Below are positions 33,867-44,498 of a DNA stretch of 48,660 nucleotides, in pieces (positions within the stretch are counted from its first letter, which is position 1; the number at the start of each line of letters is the position of its first letter). The translations under genes and the position numbers were made by a program. Origin of the DNA: an uncultured delta proteobacterium. GTDB taxonomy: Bacteria > Myxococcota > Myxococcia > Myxococcales > Anaeromyxobacteraceae. The notes below the pieces were generated by a model, which worked only from the letters and a program-made list of their open reading frames with translations, was not told where the DNA came from and did not search any database. The stretch is taken from NCBI GenBank assembly GCA_963766715.1, contig CAVYBH010000006.1, positions 1-48,660 of the forward strand. The letters are read 5' to 3'.

Positions 33867-34625
33867 ATGGACGTGAAGTCCGCCTTCGACGCCGCCGCGC
33901 CTGGCTACGACCGGCTGCGGCGGCAACTCATCCCCTGCTACGACGACTTCTACGGGGCCGCCGTGGGGATGCTCCCGTTCCCCGCCGGCTCGGCGCCGCG
34001 GATCCTGGATCTCGGAGCCGGCACCGGGCTCCTCGCGGGCCTGCTGCTCGAACGGTGGCCGAGGGCCCGGCTCGTGCTTCTCGATCTATCGGAGGAGATG
34101 CTCGACCGGAGCCGCCTGCGCTTCGGCCACCTCGGCCGGCAGGTGGAGGTCCGATCGGGCGACTACCTCGCCGACCCGCTCGGCGAGGGCTACGACGCGG
34201 TGGTCTCGGCGCTCTCCATCCACCACCTGCCGCACGCCGCCAAGCGCGCGCTCTTCCGCCGGGCCTTCGCGGCGCTGCGCCCGGGCGGGTGGTTCGTGGA
34301 CGCCGACAACGTGCTGGCCCCGACGCCGGCGCTCGCCGCCTCCGACCGCAGGGCCTGGATCGCGCGGGTCCGGCGCAGCGGGATCGAGAGCGTCGAGCTG
34401 TCCGCGGCCCTTCGCCGCACCCGGCTCGACGTCCTCGCCCCACTCTCCGACCAGCTCTCCTGGCTGCGCGCCGCCGGCTTCGACGACGTGGACTGCCGGT
34501 ACAAGTGGCTCCACTTCGCCGTCTTCGGCGGCCGGCGCCCTCGCCTCAGGCGCGATTCCGTCGCTCGACGCTCTTCTGCGCGGCGACGGCGCCCACCGTC
34601 GGCGCGACGCCCAGCTGGCGCATGA
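33867..34625 (+). CDS. Class I SAM-dependent methyltransferase
   Basis: ILDLGAGTG, LDLSEEML, YDAVVSALSIHHL, LRPGG; 3' end overlaps the convergent gene. Confidence 0.92.
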   Translation: MDVKSAFDAAAPGYDRLRRQLIPCYDDFYGAAVGMLPFPAGSAPRILDLGAGTGLLAGLLLERWPRARLVLLDLSEEMLDRSRLRFGHLGRQVEVRSGDYLADPLGEGYDAVVSALSIHHLPHAAKRALFRRAFAALRPGGWFVDADNVLAPTPALAASDRRAWIARVRRSGIESVELSAALRRTRLDVLAPLSDQLSWLRAAGFDDVDCRYKWLHFAVFGGRRPRLRRDSVARRSSARRRRPPSARRPAGA

Positions 34626-35004
34626 GTCCCAGCGCGTCCCACTGGCTCCAGCTCTCCACGATCTTGCCGCCCTTGAACCGGTCGATGCTGATGCCCTCGA
34701 CGGTGCAGCGGGCGCCCATGGGCTCGAGCCCCATGAGCTCCTTCTGGTGGGTGCCGGTCATCCGCCAGTGCGTGATGCAGACCTCACCATCCGTGTAGGA
34801 GGCGAGGACGAGCGGCTTGAGGTCGGGGAAGGCCTCCTTGTACATCCGGCACGTCTGCTTCTCCCCCAGCTTGTCGGTATCCCCGGTCAGCGGATCGTGA
34901 GCCCGGTACTCCTCCGAGCAGAGCTCGTCGAAGATGTCGTAGTTGCCCTTTCCGAATGCTTCCTCCAGGAGACGGCGGGACGTCTGCTTCAGGTCGGTGG
35001 CCAT
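34546..35004 (-). CDS. SnoaL-like ester cyclase family protein
   Basis: AFPDL, W.MTGTH..ELMG..P.G, RFKGGKIVESW..WD.LGLM.QLG; AAGGAG RBS. Confidence 0.9.
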   Translation of the reverse strand: MATDLKQTSRRLLEEAFGKGNYDIFDELCSEEYRAHDPLTGDTDKLGEKQTCRMYKEAFPDLKPLVLASYTDGEVCITHWRMTGTHQKELMGLEPMGARCTVEGISIDRFKGGKIVESWSQWDALGLMRQLGVAPTVGAVAAQKSVERRNRA

Positions 35005-35157
35005 GGCGTGACTCCTTCTCTCTCCCGCGCCCCCCATACCGCCTCCAGGGTCGACCCGGACGGGCAAGGACGGGGCGTAAGCGGATGGAGATGCCGCTCC
35101 GGGGTGGAGAAAGAGTTTTGTCCGGCCGGCGCCGTGGCGACGCCTCGCCGGGGTCGA

Positions 35158-36301
35158 CTAGCGGGGTGGCGGCGCGACGGGTGCCGCGCGCCGGCGAATC
35201 AGGAATGCGCCCAGGATCGCGAGCACCACGACGGCCCCGAGAACGAGGCCGAGGCGGAGGAGGAAGTGATCGATGATCTCCTTCGCCTTGCGGGTCGCGT
35301 CCTCGGTCGCGTGGTCTGCGAGCTTCTGGGCGTCGGCCATGGTCGCGATCCGCTCCTGGCGGACCTGCTCGAGCAGGACGATTGCGCTCGTTGTCGACGA
35401 AGACCTGGACGGCGCCGCGCTGGCGATCGATGAGGGCCTCGACCTGCGCCCTCTCCTCGGAGACCGCGCGCATGATCTGGATGCGCTGCTCCTTGGCGAA
35501 GTCCTCGAGGCCGGTGGTGCCCATCCAGGCGAGCAGGTCGTCGACCTTGTCCAGGGCTTCGCCGGTTCGCTTCAGCGCGACCTCCATGCGGGGGTCGATC
35601 AGGTCGACGTACATCAGCTCCGCCTGCCAGGTGGCCTGGCGCGGGACCATGACCGGAAGGAAGTCCATCCTGCTGATCATGCCCTCGATGTCGTCGTTCA
35701 TCGCGCCCACCATGGCAAAGGCGCCCAGCTCCTCGCCAGGGGCCCGGGTCGCCACGAACTGGTCGATGTTCTCCCGCGTAGCGAAGGTGAGCCGAACCGG
35801 GTGCTTCTCCGCCCAGGCCTGGATGGCGGCGCGGACCTTGACCTGGTCCCGCTCGGGCGCCGCCCACTTCGCGATCTCCTCGACCCGGCCCTCCAGCTCC
35901 CGGGTGGTGGCGAGGACCTCGACCACGCCCGGGCCGAACGCCGCCTTCCCCTCGGCCGACTCGAGGTATCCCTCGGCCTGCAGGAGGAGCGCCCAGGTGT
36001 CGATGAGCGCCACCAGCGGCCGCTGCGTGAAGAGGCTGCGATAGAGCGCGGGGACCACGTTGATCTTCCAGATCAGCGCCCTGCGGCGCACGGCCGGATC
36101 GGAGGACGCCTCGCTGGCGGCGTTGGCGGCCTGCTCCATGAGCCCTGTGAAGGGGACGGCCTCGGCACGCAGGCGCACGCGCAGGCTCTCGGAGGTGACC
36201 TTCACCCCCTGTTTCTCCATGAACTTCGTCTGCGTGGGCACGGTGGCGCAGGCGGAGAGGAAGACCACTGCGACGGGGACGAGGAGAATGGGGGCGCGCA
36301 C
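35158..36301 (-). CDS. Hypothetical lipoprotein with coiled-coil region and C-terminal TM (frameshift near 35385)
   Basis: Lipobox FLSAC; helical body; second frame ends LGLVLGAVVVLAILGAFLIRRR. Confidence 0.75.
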
Positions 36302-36382
36302 GGTGCGGGTACTGTAACCCTCCGTGTGACCAGGCGCCTCGCTTCCCCTCCGCCCTACCCGGCCGGGTCTCCGGCGCCGCCC

Positions 36383-38437
36383 TCACCAGATCCGGATGCG
36401 CTCCGCCGGCGGCAGGTACAGCCCCTGCCCGGCCTTCACGTCGAAGGCCCGGTACCAGGCGTCCAGGTTCCGCACGGTGAGGGCCCTGTAGCGGTCCGGC
36501 GCGTGCCCGTCGGTGAGGATCTGCTCGCGAACGGACTGGTCCCGCTCCTTGATCCGGTATCCCTGGGCGTTGCCGAGGAAGAATTGCTGCTCGCCCGTGA
36601 ACCCGTCGACCACGGGCGCAGGCCTCCCGCCCAGCGTCGCCTGCCAGGCGTCGAACGCGGCGGCCAGGCCCGCCAGGTCGGCGATGTTCTCGGAAAGGGT
36701 CAGCTTTCCGTTCACGGCCAGGTCGGGGAACGGGCGGTAGGCGTCGTACTGCGCCACGAGGCGGGCCCCGGCGGCCTCGAAGTGCTTCATGTCCTCGGCG
36801 GTCCACCAGTTGGCGAGCTTCCCGGCCGCGTCGAACAGCGCCCCCTGGTCGTCGAAGGCGTGGCTGATCTCGTGCCCGATCACGGACCCGACGGACCCGA
36901 ACTGGACGGCCGCGGTCGCGGATCGGTCGTAGAAAGGGGGCTCCAGGTAGCCCGCCGGGAAGTTGAGCGCGTTCAGGACCGGCAGGTTCACCGCATTCAC
37001 GGTCTGGGGGAGCATGGCCCATTCGCCCCGGTCGGGCGGCCGGGACAGCTTGGCGAGCGCGCTGCCATACGCATGCAGCTCGGACCTCTCCACGTTCCCG
37101 AGCAGGTCGCCGCGCACGACGACGAGCCCGTCATAGCTTCTCCAGGCATCCGGGTAGGCGATCCCGACCCGGAGCGCCGCCAGCTTGGCTCGGGCGCTGG
37201 CCCGGGTGGCCGGAGCCATCCAGTCGAGCGCCTGGATCCGGCGATCGAACGCGGCGACGATCTGGTCCACCATCGCCTGGAGATCCCTCTTCGCCTCGGG
37301 CGGGAAATGGCGGGCCACGTAGAGCTTCCCCACCGCGTCGCCGAGCGCCGCGTCGGTCACCTCCACGCCCCGCTTCCAGCGGTCGAGGAGCACGGTCGTT
37401 CCCTGGAGGACGGTCCCGTGGAAGCGGAAATCCTCCTCGACGAAGGCCCGCGGGAGGAACGGAGCGGCGTGCTCCAGGGCCCTTGCGGCGAGGTACTCCT
37501 TCCACACGTCGAGCGGTTCGCTCGCCACGAGCGCCGCAAGCCCGGTCACGGCCGCCGGGTGCCAGACGATGAAGGCCTCCTGGCCGTCGAGACGGGCGGC
37601 GCCGAGGAAGGCGCCCCAGTCCATCCCCGGCGCCCGGGAATCGAAGTCGACCCGGCTCCAGGGGTTGTTGGCCTTCTGGACGTCGTACGACTCCGTGCGG
37701 GTCGCCTGCGTGCGCGCCAGCCGGGTCTCGAGGCCGAGGACACGGGCCGCCCGCGCGTCGGCGTCTGGGAAGCCGGCGAGACGGAACATGGCCACGAGGT
37801 GGGCGTGGTAGGCGGCGCGCACCTCGGCGAGCGAGGGATCCAGGTAGTAGCTGCGGTCGGGCAGCCCGAGCCCGCCCTGCAGGAGGTAGGCGGCGTTGCG
37901 AGTCGGGACGTTCAGGTCCTGCTGCACCCACAGCCCGAGGACGTTGCCGGTGCTCAGGTCCGTGGAGTTGAGGGGATCGACGTCGGCGCGGATCGTGCTG
38001 CCCAGCGCCGCGGCCAACGTCCGGCGGTCGGCGATCGCGGCGATCCGGTCGAGGGCCGGGCGCAGCGGGGCGATCCCCCTGGCCTCGACGGCCGCCTCGT
38101 CCATGAAGCTGCCGTAGAAGTCGCCAATCTGCTGCTGCTCGCTCCCCTCCGGCGCCTTGGCCCTGGAGGCCTCCTCGTCGATGGCGCGGGTGCGCGCCGC
38201 GACGACGTTCTTCACCGCCAGGATGGGGCCGACGTAGGCGCGCTCGGGCGGGATCACGGCGGATGCCATCCACACGCCGTTCGCGAAGCCGTAGAAGTCG
38301 TCACCCGGCGCCACCGAGCGGTCGATGCCGGAGAGCTCCAGCCCGCTGCCGGCGGAGGAGGTCGGCGCCCCGACGGGGCGAGGCGTGGCACAGGCGATGA
38401 GCAGCGAGGCGGCGGCGACTGCAATCGGGGTACGCAC
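36383..38437 (-). CDS. M13 (neprilysin/PepO-like) metallopeptidase lipoprotein
   Basis: PGDDFY..ANG.W, VNA, GHEISHAFDD, ENIAD, terminal RIW; lipobox LIAC. Confidence 0.95.
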   Translation of the reverse strand: MRTPIAVAAASLLIACATPRPVGAPTSSAGSGLELSGIDRSVAPGDDFYGFANGVWMASAVIPPERAYVGPILAVKNVVAARTRAIDEEASRAKAPEGSEQQQIGDFYGSFMDEAAVEARGIAPLRPALDRIAAIADRRTLAAALGSTIRADVDPLNSTDLSTGNVLGLWVQQDLNVPTRNAAYLLQGGLGLPDRSYYLDPSLAEVRAAYHAHLVAMFRLAGFPDADARAARVLGLETRLARTQATRTESYDVQKANNPWSRVDFDSRAPGMDWGAFLGAARLDGQEAFIVWHPAAVTGLAALVASEPLDVWKEYLAARALEHAAPFLPRAFVEEDFRFHGTVLQGTTVLLDRWKRGVEVTDAALGDAVGKLYVARHFPPEAKRDLQAMVDQIVAAFDRRIQALDWMAPATRASARAKLAALRVGIAYPDAWRSYDGLVVVRGDLLGNVERSELHAYGSALAKLSRPPDRGEWAMLPQTVNAVNLPVLNALNFPAGYLEPPFYDRSATAAVQFGSVGSVIGHEISHAFDDQGALFDAAGKLANWWTAEDMKHFEAAGARLVAQYDAYRPFPDLAVNGKLTLSENIADLAGLAAAFDAWQATLGGRPAPVVDGFTGEQQFFLGNAQGYRIKERDQSVREQILTDGHAPDRYRALTVRNLDAWYRAFDVKAGQGLYLPPAERIRIW

Positions 38438-38459
38438 AATCGCTGCTTCTAGCACCGAT

Positions 38460-39176
<717 letters not shown>

Positions 39177-39187
39177 GCGCGTCCTCG

Positions 39188-41152
39188 TCAGCCGCGGGCG
39201 GGCGCCGGGGTCATGGGCGGGGCCGCCTCCGGGGCGGCGTCGTTCCCCAGGTAGGCCTCGATCACCCTGGGGTTGCGTTTCACCTCGTCGGGCGTCCCCT
39301 CGGCGATGACCTTGCCGCCGTCGAGGGCGGTCACCGCGTCGCAGAGCTCCGTGACCACGTCCATGTGGTGCTCGATGAGCACGATGGTCACCCCCCGCGC
39401 CCGGACGCGTCGGATGATCTCGACCTGCTTCACCACGTCCGGGTGGGCCAGGCCGGCGGCCGGCTCGTCGAGGATCAGGATTTCCGGACGGCGACCGAGG
39501 GCGCGGGCGATCTCCAGGAAGCGCTGGGCGCCGTAGGTGAGGTCCTTGGCAGGCGTGCGGGCCTGGTCGCCCAGGCCGACGAACTCGAGGAGCGCCAGCG
39601 CGTCGGCCTGCGCCCTCCGCTCCTCGGGGCGGGCCAGCCCGAGCAGCACCAGCGGCAGGGGGGCGCGATAGACGCCCCGGAGCGCCACCATCACGTTCTC
39701 GATGGCGGTCATCCCGGAGAAGAGCTGGAGGTTCTGGAAGGTGCGGGCCACGCCCGCTCGCGCGGCGGCGAAGAGGCTGCCGACCGGGAGCGGGTTCCCC
39801 CGCAGGAGCATGGTGCCCTCGGTGGGGGTGTAGAGCCCGGAGACCACGTTCACCACGGTGCTCTTGCCGGAGCCGTTGGGGCCGATGAGCCCGTGGACGT
39901 GCCCGGCGCGCACGCGAAGCGTGAGCCCGTCGACGGCCCGCACGCCGCCGAACCAGCGCTTCAGGTCCCGGAGCTCGAGCAGCACCAATCCGTCGGCGGG
40001 ACGCGGCGGCAGGACCTCGTCGAGCGGCGAGGCGGGGGGGAGCGGGGGCGGCGCCACACGGAAGAGCCGGGCCAGGAAGCCGCCGGCGAATCCCATGAGC
40101 CCCTCGGGGAGTCCCACCACCACCGAGAAGAGCATCAGCGCGAAGATGGCCTTGCGCCAGTCCTCGGTGTTCCTCGCCAGGAAGGACCCGGCGACCAGCG
40201 CGCCGGTGGCCGCGATGGGCGCGATGGCCGAGAACGGCCGAAGCGTCCGGCGGGTGAGCCCGCGGATCCCGGCCACGAGCGCCAGCGCCAGCCCGGCGAT
40301 GGAGATGCCCTGGAAGAGCGCCCGGTTGGAGAGGAGGTTGGGGAGCAGAGCCACCAGCGAGGCCCCCACGAAGGCACCCCACAGGCTCTTGCGCCCGCCC
40401 AGCACGACGCCGAGCAGCAGGACGACCGTCAGCTCGTACACGAAGGCGTGCGGCTGCAGGAACTGGAAGTTGAAGGCGTAGAGCGCGCCGGCCACGCCTC
40501 CGAGCCCGGATCCCAGGGCGAAGCCCGCCACCTTGTGCCGGTAGGTCCCGACCCCCATGGCGTCGGTGGCGATGGGGCTGTCGCGCAGCGCCTCGAAGGC
40601 CCGCCCCCACTGCGAGGAGAGCAGGTTCCGCATCCCCATCCAGACGAGCGCCAGGAGGAGCATGCACAGCCAGTAGAAGTCGCGGGGCGTGAGCGCGTGG
40701 CCGAGGAGCGGGGGGCGGGAGAGCGACAGGCCCTGCGCGCCCTGCGTGAGCGACTCCCACTCGTTCAGCACGATGGTGGTGAGCGCCGTGAAGCTGAGGG
40801 TGGCCAGAGCGAACTGCGGGCCGTCGAGGCGAAGCGCGGGGAGCGCCAGGAGCGCGCCGAGGATCGTGCAGAGCGCGGCGGCCACGAGGATGGCGGCCGG
40901 GATGCCGAGCCCGAACCGGGTCACGCCGACCGCGGCCGCGTAGGCGCCCAGGCCGAGGAAGGCCGCCTGCGCCAGGTTCACCTGCCCCAGGTAGCCCACC
41001 GTGACGTCGAGCCCGATGAGCAGGATGCCGTAGATGGCGAGCAGGGTGAGCAGGCCGAGCGCGTAGGTGTTCTGCACCACGAGCGGGACGGCCCCCAGCA
41101 GGAGGAAGAGGGCGAGCTCGGAGCCGCGGACGAGGAGGAGACGTTTCAGCAC
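39188..41152 (-). CDS. Fused branched-chain amino acid permease / ATP-binding protein (LivM-LivG)
   Basis: GYLGQVNLAQAAF TM domain followed in frame by GPNGSGKST, RTFQ, LDEPAAG, IEHHM. Confidence 0.92.
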   Translation of the reverse strand: MLKRLLLVRGSELALFLLLGAVPLVVQNTYALGLLTLLAIYGILLIGLDVTVGYLGQVNLAQAAFLGLGAYAAAVGVTRFGLGIPAAILVAAALCTILGALLALPALRLDGPQFALATLSFTALTTIVLNEWESLTQGAQGLSLSRPPLLGHALTPRDFYWLCMLLLALVWMGMRNLLSSQWGRAFEALRDSPIATDAMGVGTYRHKVAGFALGSGLGGVAGALYAFNFQFLQPHAFVYELTVVLLLGVVLGGRKSLWGAFVGASLVALLPNLLSNRALFQGISIAGLALALVAGIRGLTRRTLRPFSAIAPIAATGALVAGSFLARNTEDWRKAIFALMLFSVVVGLPEGLMGFAGGFLARLFRVAPPPLPPASPLDEVLPPRPADGLVLLELRDLKRWFGGVRAVDGLTLRVRAGHVHGLIGPNGSGKSTVVNVVSGLYTPTEGTMLLRGNPLPVGSLFAAARAGVARTFQNLQLFSGMTAIENVMVALRGVYRAPLPLVLLGLARPEERRAQADALALLEFVGLGDQARTPAKDLTYGAQRFLEIARALGRRPEILILDEPAAGLAHPDVVKQVEIIRRVRARGVTIVLIEHHMDVVTELCDAVTALDGGKVIAEGTPDEVKRNPRVIEAYLGNDAAPEAAPPMTPAPARG

Positions 41153-42030
41153 TAGACCTTCCGGATCACGGCCTTGCCGAACACGCCGGTCGGGCGGACG
41201 GCGAGCGCCAGGATGAGGAGCAGGAGACCCGGGGCCTCCCGCCATCCGCTGCCGACGTAGAACGAGGCCAGGCTCTCGAGAGCGCCGAGGAGGAGGCCGA
41301 TCACCACCACGCCGAAGCCGGACTCGAGCCCGGCCACCACGGCCACCGAGAAGGCCTTCAGCACGAGCGCGGACGCCATGGTCGGGCCGACGGTGGTGAT
41401 GGGCGACACGAGGATGCCGGCCAGCGCAGCAACGCCCCCGGAGAGGGCGTAGGAGAGCACCACCGCGCGCGTGGAGGAAATGCCCATGAGCTCGGCGGCG
41501 TCGCGGTCGGCGGCCACGGCCTCGACCGCCTTGCCCAGCAGGGTCTTGCGCTTGAAGAGCTCGATCATCCCCATCACCGCGAGCACCCCGACGAGGACCG
41601 AGATCTCGAGCGGGGTGACGTCCACCCCCAGGACGTGGATCGGGGAGGACGGGATGGGCGTGGGGAAGGGACGGTCGTCGCGGCCCCAGAGGTTCTCGGC
41701 CAGCGAGAAGAGGAAGAGCCCGATGATGATGGTGAGGAGGATCCAGCCCTCGCTCTTCTGCTCGAGCGCCAGCCGGACGCCGGTGCGCTCCACCGCCATC
41801 CCGACCAGGGCCCCGAAGAACAGGCCCCCCGGGATCACCAGGAGGTAGGGGAGCCCCAGGTTGATGAGGGTCAGGCTGAAGAAGGCCGACACCATCACCA
41901 GCTCGCCCTGCCCGAAGTTGATGCTCTTGCTGGTGGAGAAGGTGAGCTGGAAGCCGTAGGCGACGAGCGCGTACACGAGCCCCATCAGCGCGCCGCTGAC
42001 GGCCATCTGGGCGATGACGGAGGTGGGCAC
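41152..42030 (-). CDS. livH: Branched-chain amino acid ABC permease (LivH-like)
   Basis: YALVAYGF.L...INFGQGE, AAELMGI, RPTGVFG. Confidence 0.92.
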   Translation of the reverse strand: MPTSVIAQMAVSGALMGLVYALVAYGFQLTFSTSKSINFGQGELVMVSAFFSLTLINLGLPYLLVIPGGLFFGALVGMAVERTGVRLALEQKSEGWILLTIIIGLFLFSLAENLWGRDDRPFPTPIPSSPIHVLGVDVTPLEISVLVGVLAVMGMIELFKRKTLLGKAVEAVAADRDAAELMGISSTRAVVLSYALSGGVAALAGILVSPITTVGPTMASALVLKAFSVAVVAGLESGFGVVVIGLLLGALESLASFYVGSGWREAPGLLLLILALAVRPTGVFGKAVIRKV

Positions 42031-42055
42031 CGGTCGGGCTCGGAGGGGACGGGCG

Positions 42056-42083
42056 CGGGGGAGGAGGCGAGCCCCCTCCCCCG
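42056..42083 (-). terminator. Intercistronic hairpin after the substrate-binding gene (mRNA stabiliser or partial terminator)
   Basis: CGGGGGAGG...CCTCCCCCG inverted repeat with no U-tract. Confidence 0.55.
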
Positions 42084-42095
42084 TCGAGGGTCAGC

Positions 42096-43313
42096 CTACT
42101 TCACCTGCCCGGCCAGGCGGGCCCGGTCGGCCTCGTTGGCGAAGACCACGCGGCCGTCGAGCACCATGCCCATGACCACGTTCTGCCGCCGGAAGGCCTC
42201 GTGGGTCTCGACGTTGCTCGGATCCCACTTGGTGTACGGCTTCACCCAGACGGCGATGACCCCGTTCACCGGCTCCTTCAGGTCCTCGAGCGCCTCGCGG
42301 ATCTTCACCGAGTCGGTGCTCTTCGCCTGCTTGACCGCGGCGGCGAAGATGAGGACCGCGTCGTATCCCTGGGCCGCCGAGACCGGCGACGCGATGCGGG
42401 TCACGCCGTAGGCCTTGTGGTAGGCGTCGATGAAGGCCTTGGTCTTCGGGGAGATGGGCTCCTCGATGAAGGTCTGCGGCATGAGGGCGCCGTTGCCGTT
42501 CGCGCCGGCGTTGTCGATGTAGTTCGACATCGAGAGGGTCCAGCCGCCGATGAGCGGCACCTTGTAGCCGATCTTGGCCTGGCCGTTGGCGATGGCGGCG
42601 AGCTCGGGACCGATGCCCCAGATGAGGATGGCCTGCGCGCCGGCGGCCTTCGCCTTGAGGAGCTGGGCGGTCATGTCCTTGTCGCCGATGTTCCACTTCT
42701 CGCTCGCGACGACGTTGAGCTTGTCCCCCTGCTTCTTGATCTGGTTCAGGAGGTCGTCGCGGCCGGACACGCCGTAGTTGGTGGAGTCGTAGAAGATGGC
42801 GACCTTGGTGAAGCCGCGGCGGATGGCCTCCTCCACCACCATGGCGGCCTGGATGCCGTCGTGGGCCGCGAACCGGAAGATCGAGAGGGTCTTCGGGCCG
42901 TCGGGCTTCGCCCACTGGGTCATCGACGCCGAGCCCGCGGCGGGGCAGATGATCTTGGTGATGCCCTTCTCCTGCAGGTGCTTGTCGCCGGCCATCACCA
43001 CGCCCGTGTTCACCGAGCCGATGACGCCGGAGAGGTCGGACATCGAGGCCAGCTCCTGGGCGATCAGGGCGCCGCGCTCGTTCTTGGCCTCGTCGTCGCG
43101 CTCGATGATCTCGATCTTCATCTTCTTGTCGCCGACCTGGATGCCTCCGGCGGCGTTGATCTCGGCGATGGCGAGCTTCGAGCCGTCGCGGGTCGACGTG
43201 CCCATGGGCGCCGAGCCACCCGAGTAGGGGCCGGTGAGCGCGATCTTGATGGTGTCGGCCGCGGTGGCCGGCAGCGCAACGGCACAGAGGACCAGTGCAA
43301 GGAATGCCTTCAT
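42096..43313 (-). CDS. ABC substrate-binding protein (LivK/LivJ family)
   Basis: Signal peptide; IKIALTGPYSG, EINAAGG, D.T.YG, DMTAQL.K, QGYDA. Confidence 0.92.
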   Translation of the reverse strand: MKAFLALVLCAVALPATAADTIKIALTGPYSGGSAPMGTSTRDGSKLAIAEINAAGGIQVGDKKMKIEIIERDDEAKNERGALIAQELASMSDLSGVIGSVNTGVVMAGDKHLQEKGITKIICPAAGSASMTQWAKPDGPKTLSIFRFAAHDGIQAAMVVEEAIRRGFTKVAIFYDSTNYGVSGRDDLLNQIKKQGDKLNVVASEKWNIGDKDMTAQLLKAKAAGAQAILIWGIGPELAAIANGQAKIGYKVPLIGGWTLSMSNYIDNAGANGNGALMPQTFIEEPISPKTKAFIDAYHKAYGVTRIASPVSAAQGYDAVLIFAAAVKQAKSTDSVKIREALEDLKEPVNGVIAVWVKPYTKWDPSNVETHEAFRRQNVVMGMVLDGRVVFANEADRARLAGQVK

Positions 43314-43429
43314 CGTTCTTCCCCTTCGAGAGTGAGGTGTAGACGTAACGAGGCTCGCAAAAGCTAGCACGCCGTGACCGCTGGGCATTCGGCCTCGTCG
43401 TGACGCTTCGCGTCATGAGGGTTGCCGTC

Positions 43430-43535
43430 ACCGGAAGTCCCGAGCGGGTCGCCAGGAAAGGGGCCAGCCCACGGGGGGGTGGCGCGGCCCGAGGTCGGCG
43501 GCTAATCGGGCCCGACCGATGGCCGGGCTTTCCGC
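43430..43535 (+). ncRNA. Possible structured cis-regulatory leader RNA upstream of the LysM gene
   Basis: GGAAAG/CTTTCC closing stem, internal hairpins, CCCGA-N8-GCTAA motif; does not match a full known consensus. Confidence 0.25.
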
Positions 43536-43557
43536 GCGATCGGCAGGGAGGCAACCC

Positions 43558-43743
43558 ATGGCAGAGACCAGCGATGACGAGTTCACGCAGTGGCACACCG
43601 TCGCCAAGGGGGAGACGCTCGGCAAGATCTCCGAGCGCTACTACGGCGACCCCTCCCTCTACAGGAAGATCTTCGAGGCCAACCGGGAACTGATCAAGGA
43701 CCCGAACCTCATCCAGATCGGCTGGAAGCTTCGCATTCCGTGA
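43558..43743 (+). CDS. Stand-alone LysM domain protein (Kbp/XkdP-type LysM)
   Basis: HTVAKGETLGKISERYYG...Y.KIFEANR..IKDPNLIQIG.KLRIP; GGGAGG RBS. Confidence 0.9.
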   Translation: MAETSDDEFTQWHTVAKGETLGKISERYYGDPSLYRKIFEANRELIKDPNLIQIGWKLRIP

Positions 43744-43762
43744 ACCCAGGGAGAGAGACGAC

Positions 43763-44338
43763 ATGAAGAACACGTGGAAGACGATGGCGCTGGTGGTTCC
43801 GTTCGCACTCGTGGCGGCCTGCACCGACGCGGCGAAGGCGCCCGCGGAGGCCGCCATGGCCGCTGCCGGCAAGGCGGTGGAGTCCTTGAAGGGCGAGGCG
43901 ACGAAGTGGGCGCCCGAGGCCGTGAAGTCGGTCGAGACGAGCTACGCCTCGGCCAAGGACTACTTCGCCAAGGAGGACTACAAGGGCACGCTGGCCGCCG
44001 CCGGGGAGATCCCGGCCAAGGCCTCCGAAGCCCTCGCCAAGGCCGGGGTCAACAAGGACGCCGTCATGAAGGCCTGGAACGAGACGGGCGGCAGCGTGAC
44101 GAAGATGATGGACGCGGCCAAGAGCCGCCTCGACATCCTGGCGCAGTCGAAGAAGCTGCCGAAGGGCATGGACAAGGCGACGGTCGCCCAGGCGCAGGCC
44201 GACCTCTCGACCCTCCAGTCCGGCTGGGCCTCGGCGGTCGAGCAGTTCAAGTCCGGCGACACGAGCGGGGCCATGGCGAAGGCCTCCGCGCTGAAGGCCC
44301 AGGGGCTCGCGCTCCTCAAGACCCTCGGTCTGCAGTAG
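43763..44338 (+). CDS. Ala/Lys-rich helical lipoprotein
   Basis: Lipobox LVAAC; strong codon bias; 19 nt downstream of the LysM gene. Confidence 0.85.
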   Translation: MKNTWKTMALVVPFALVAACTDAAKAPAEAAMAAAGKAVESLKGEATKWAPEAVKSVETSYASAKDYFAKEDYKGTLAAAGEIPAKASEALAKAGVNKDAVMKAWNETGGSVTKMMDAAKSRLDILAQSKKLPKGMDKATVAQAQADLSTLQSGWASAVEQFKSGDTSGAMAKASALKAQGLALLKTLGLQ

Positions 44339-44498
44339 CCGTCCCCGGGCGGCGCTCCGGCAAGGACGGCCGGGGCGTCGCCTGGCCCGTTCACGTACCT
44401 GGGTGGTTCGGCACCCGAGTGTCCCCCACGGGAGGATTCTCCGCCCCCGGGGATGCCACAACCCCTCGATTCACGGGGCGTCCGGCCCGATGCGATCC

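Noticed and set aside
39188..41152. LivM-LivG fusion as a novelty
   Set aside because: This fused architecture is common among branched-chain amino acid ABC transporters
44339..44480. tRNA or small RNA in the GC-rich intergenic hairpins (GGGTG-GTTCGG-CACCC)
   Set aside because: No cloverleaf, D-arm or acceptor stem could be built; hairpins of this size are expected at this GC content
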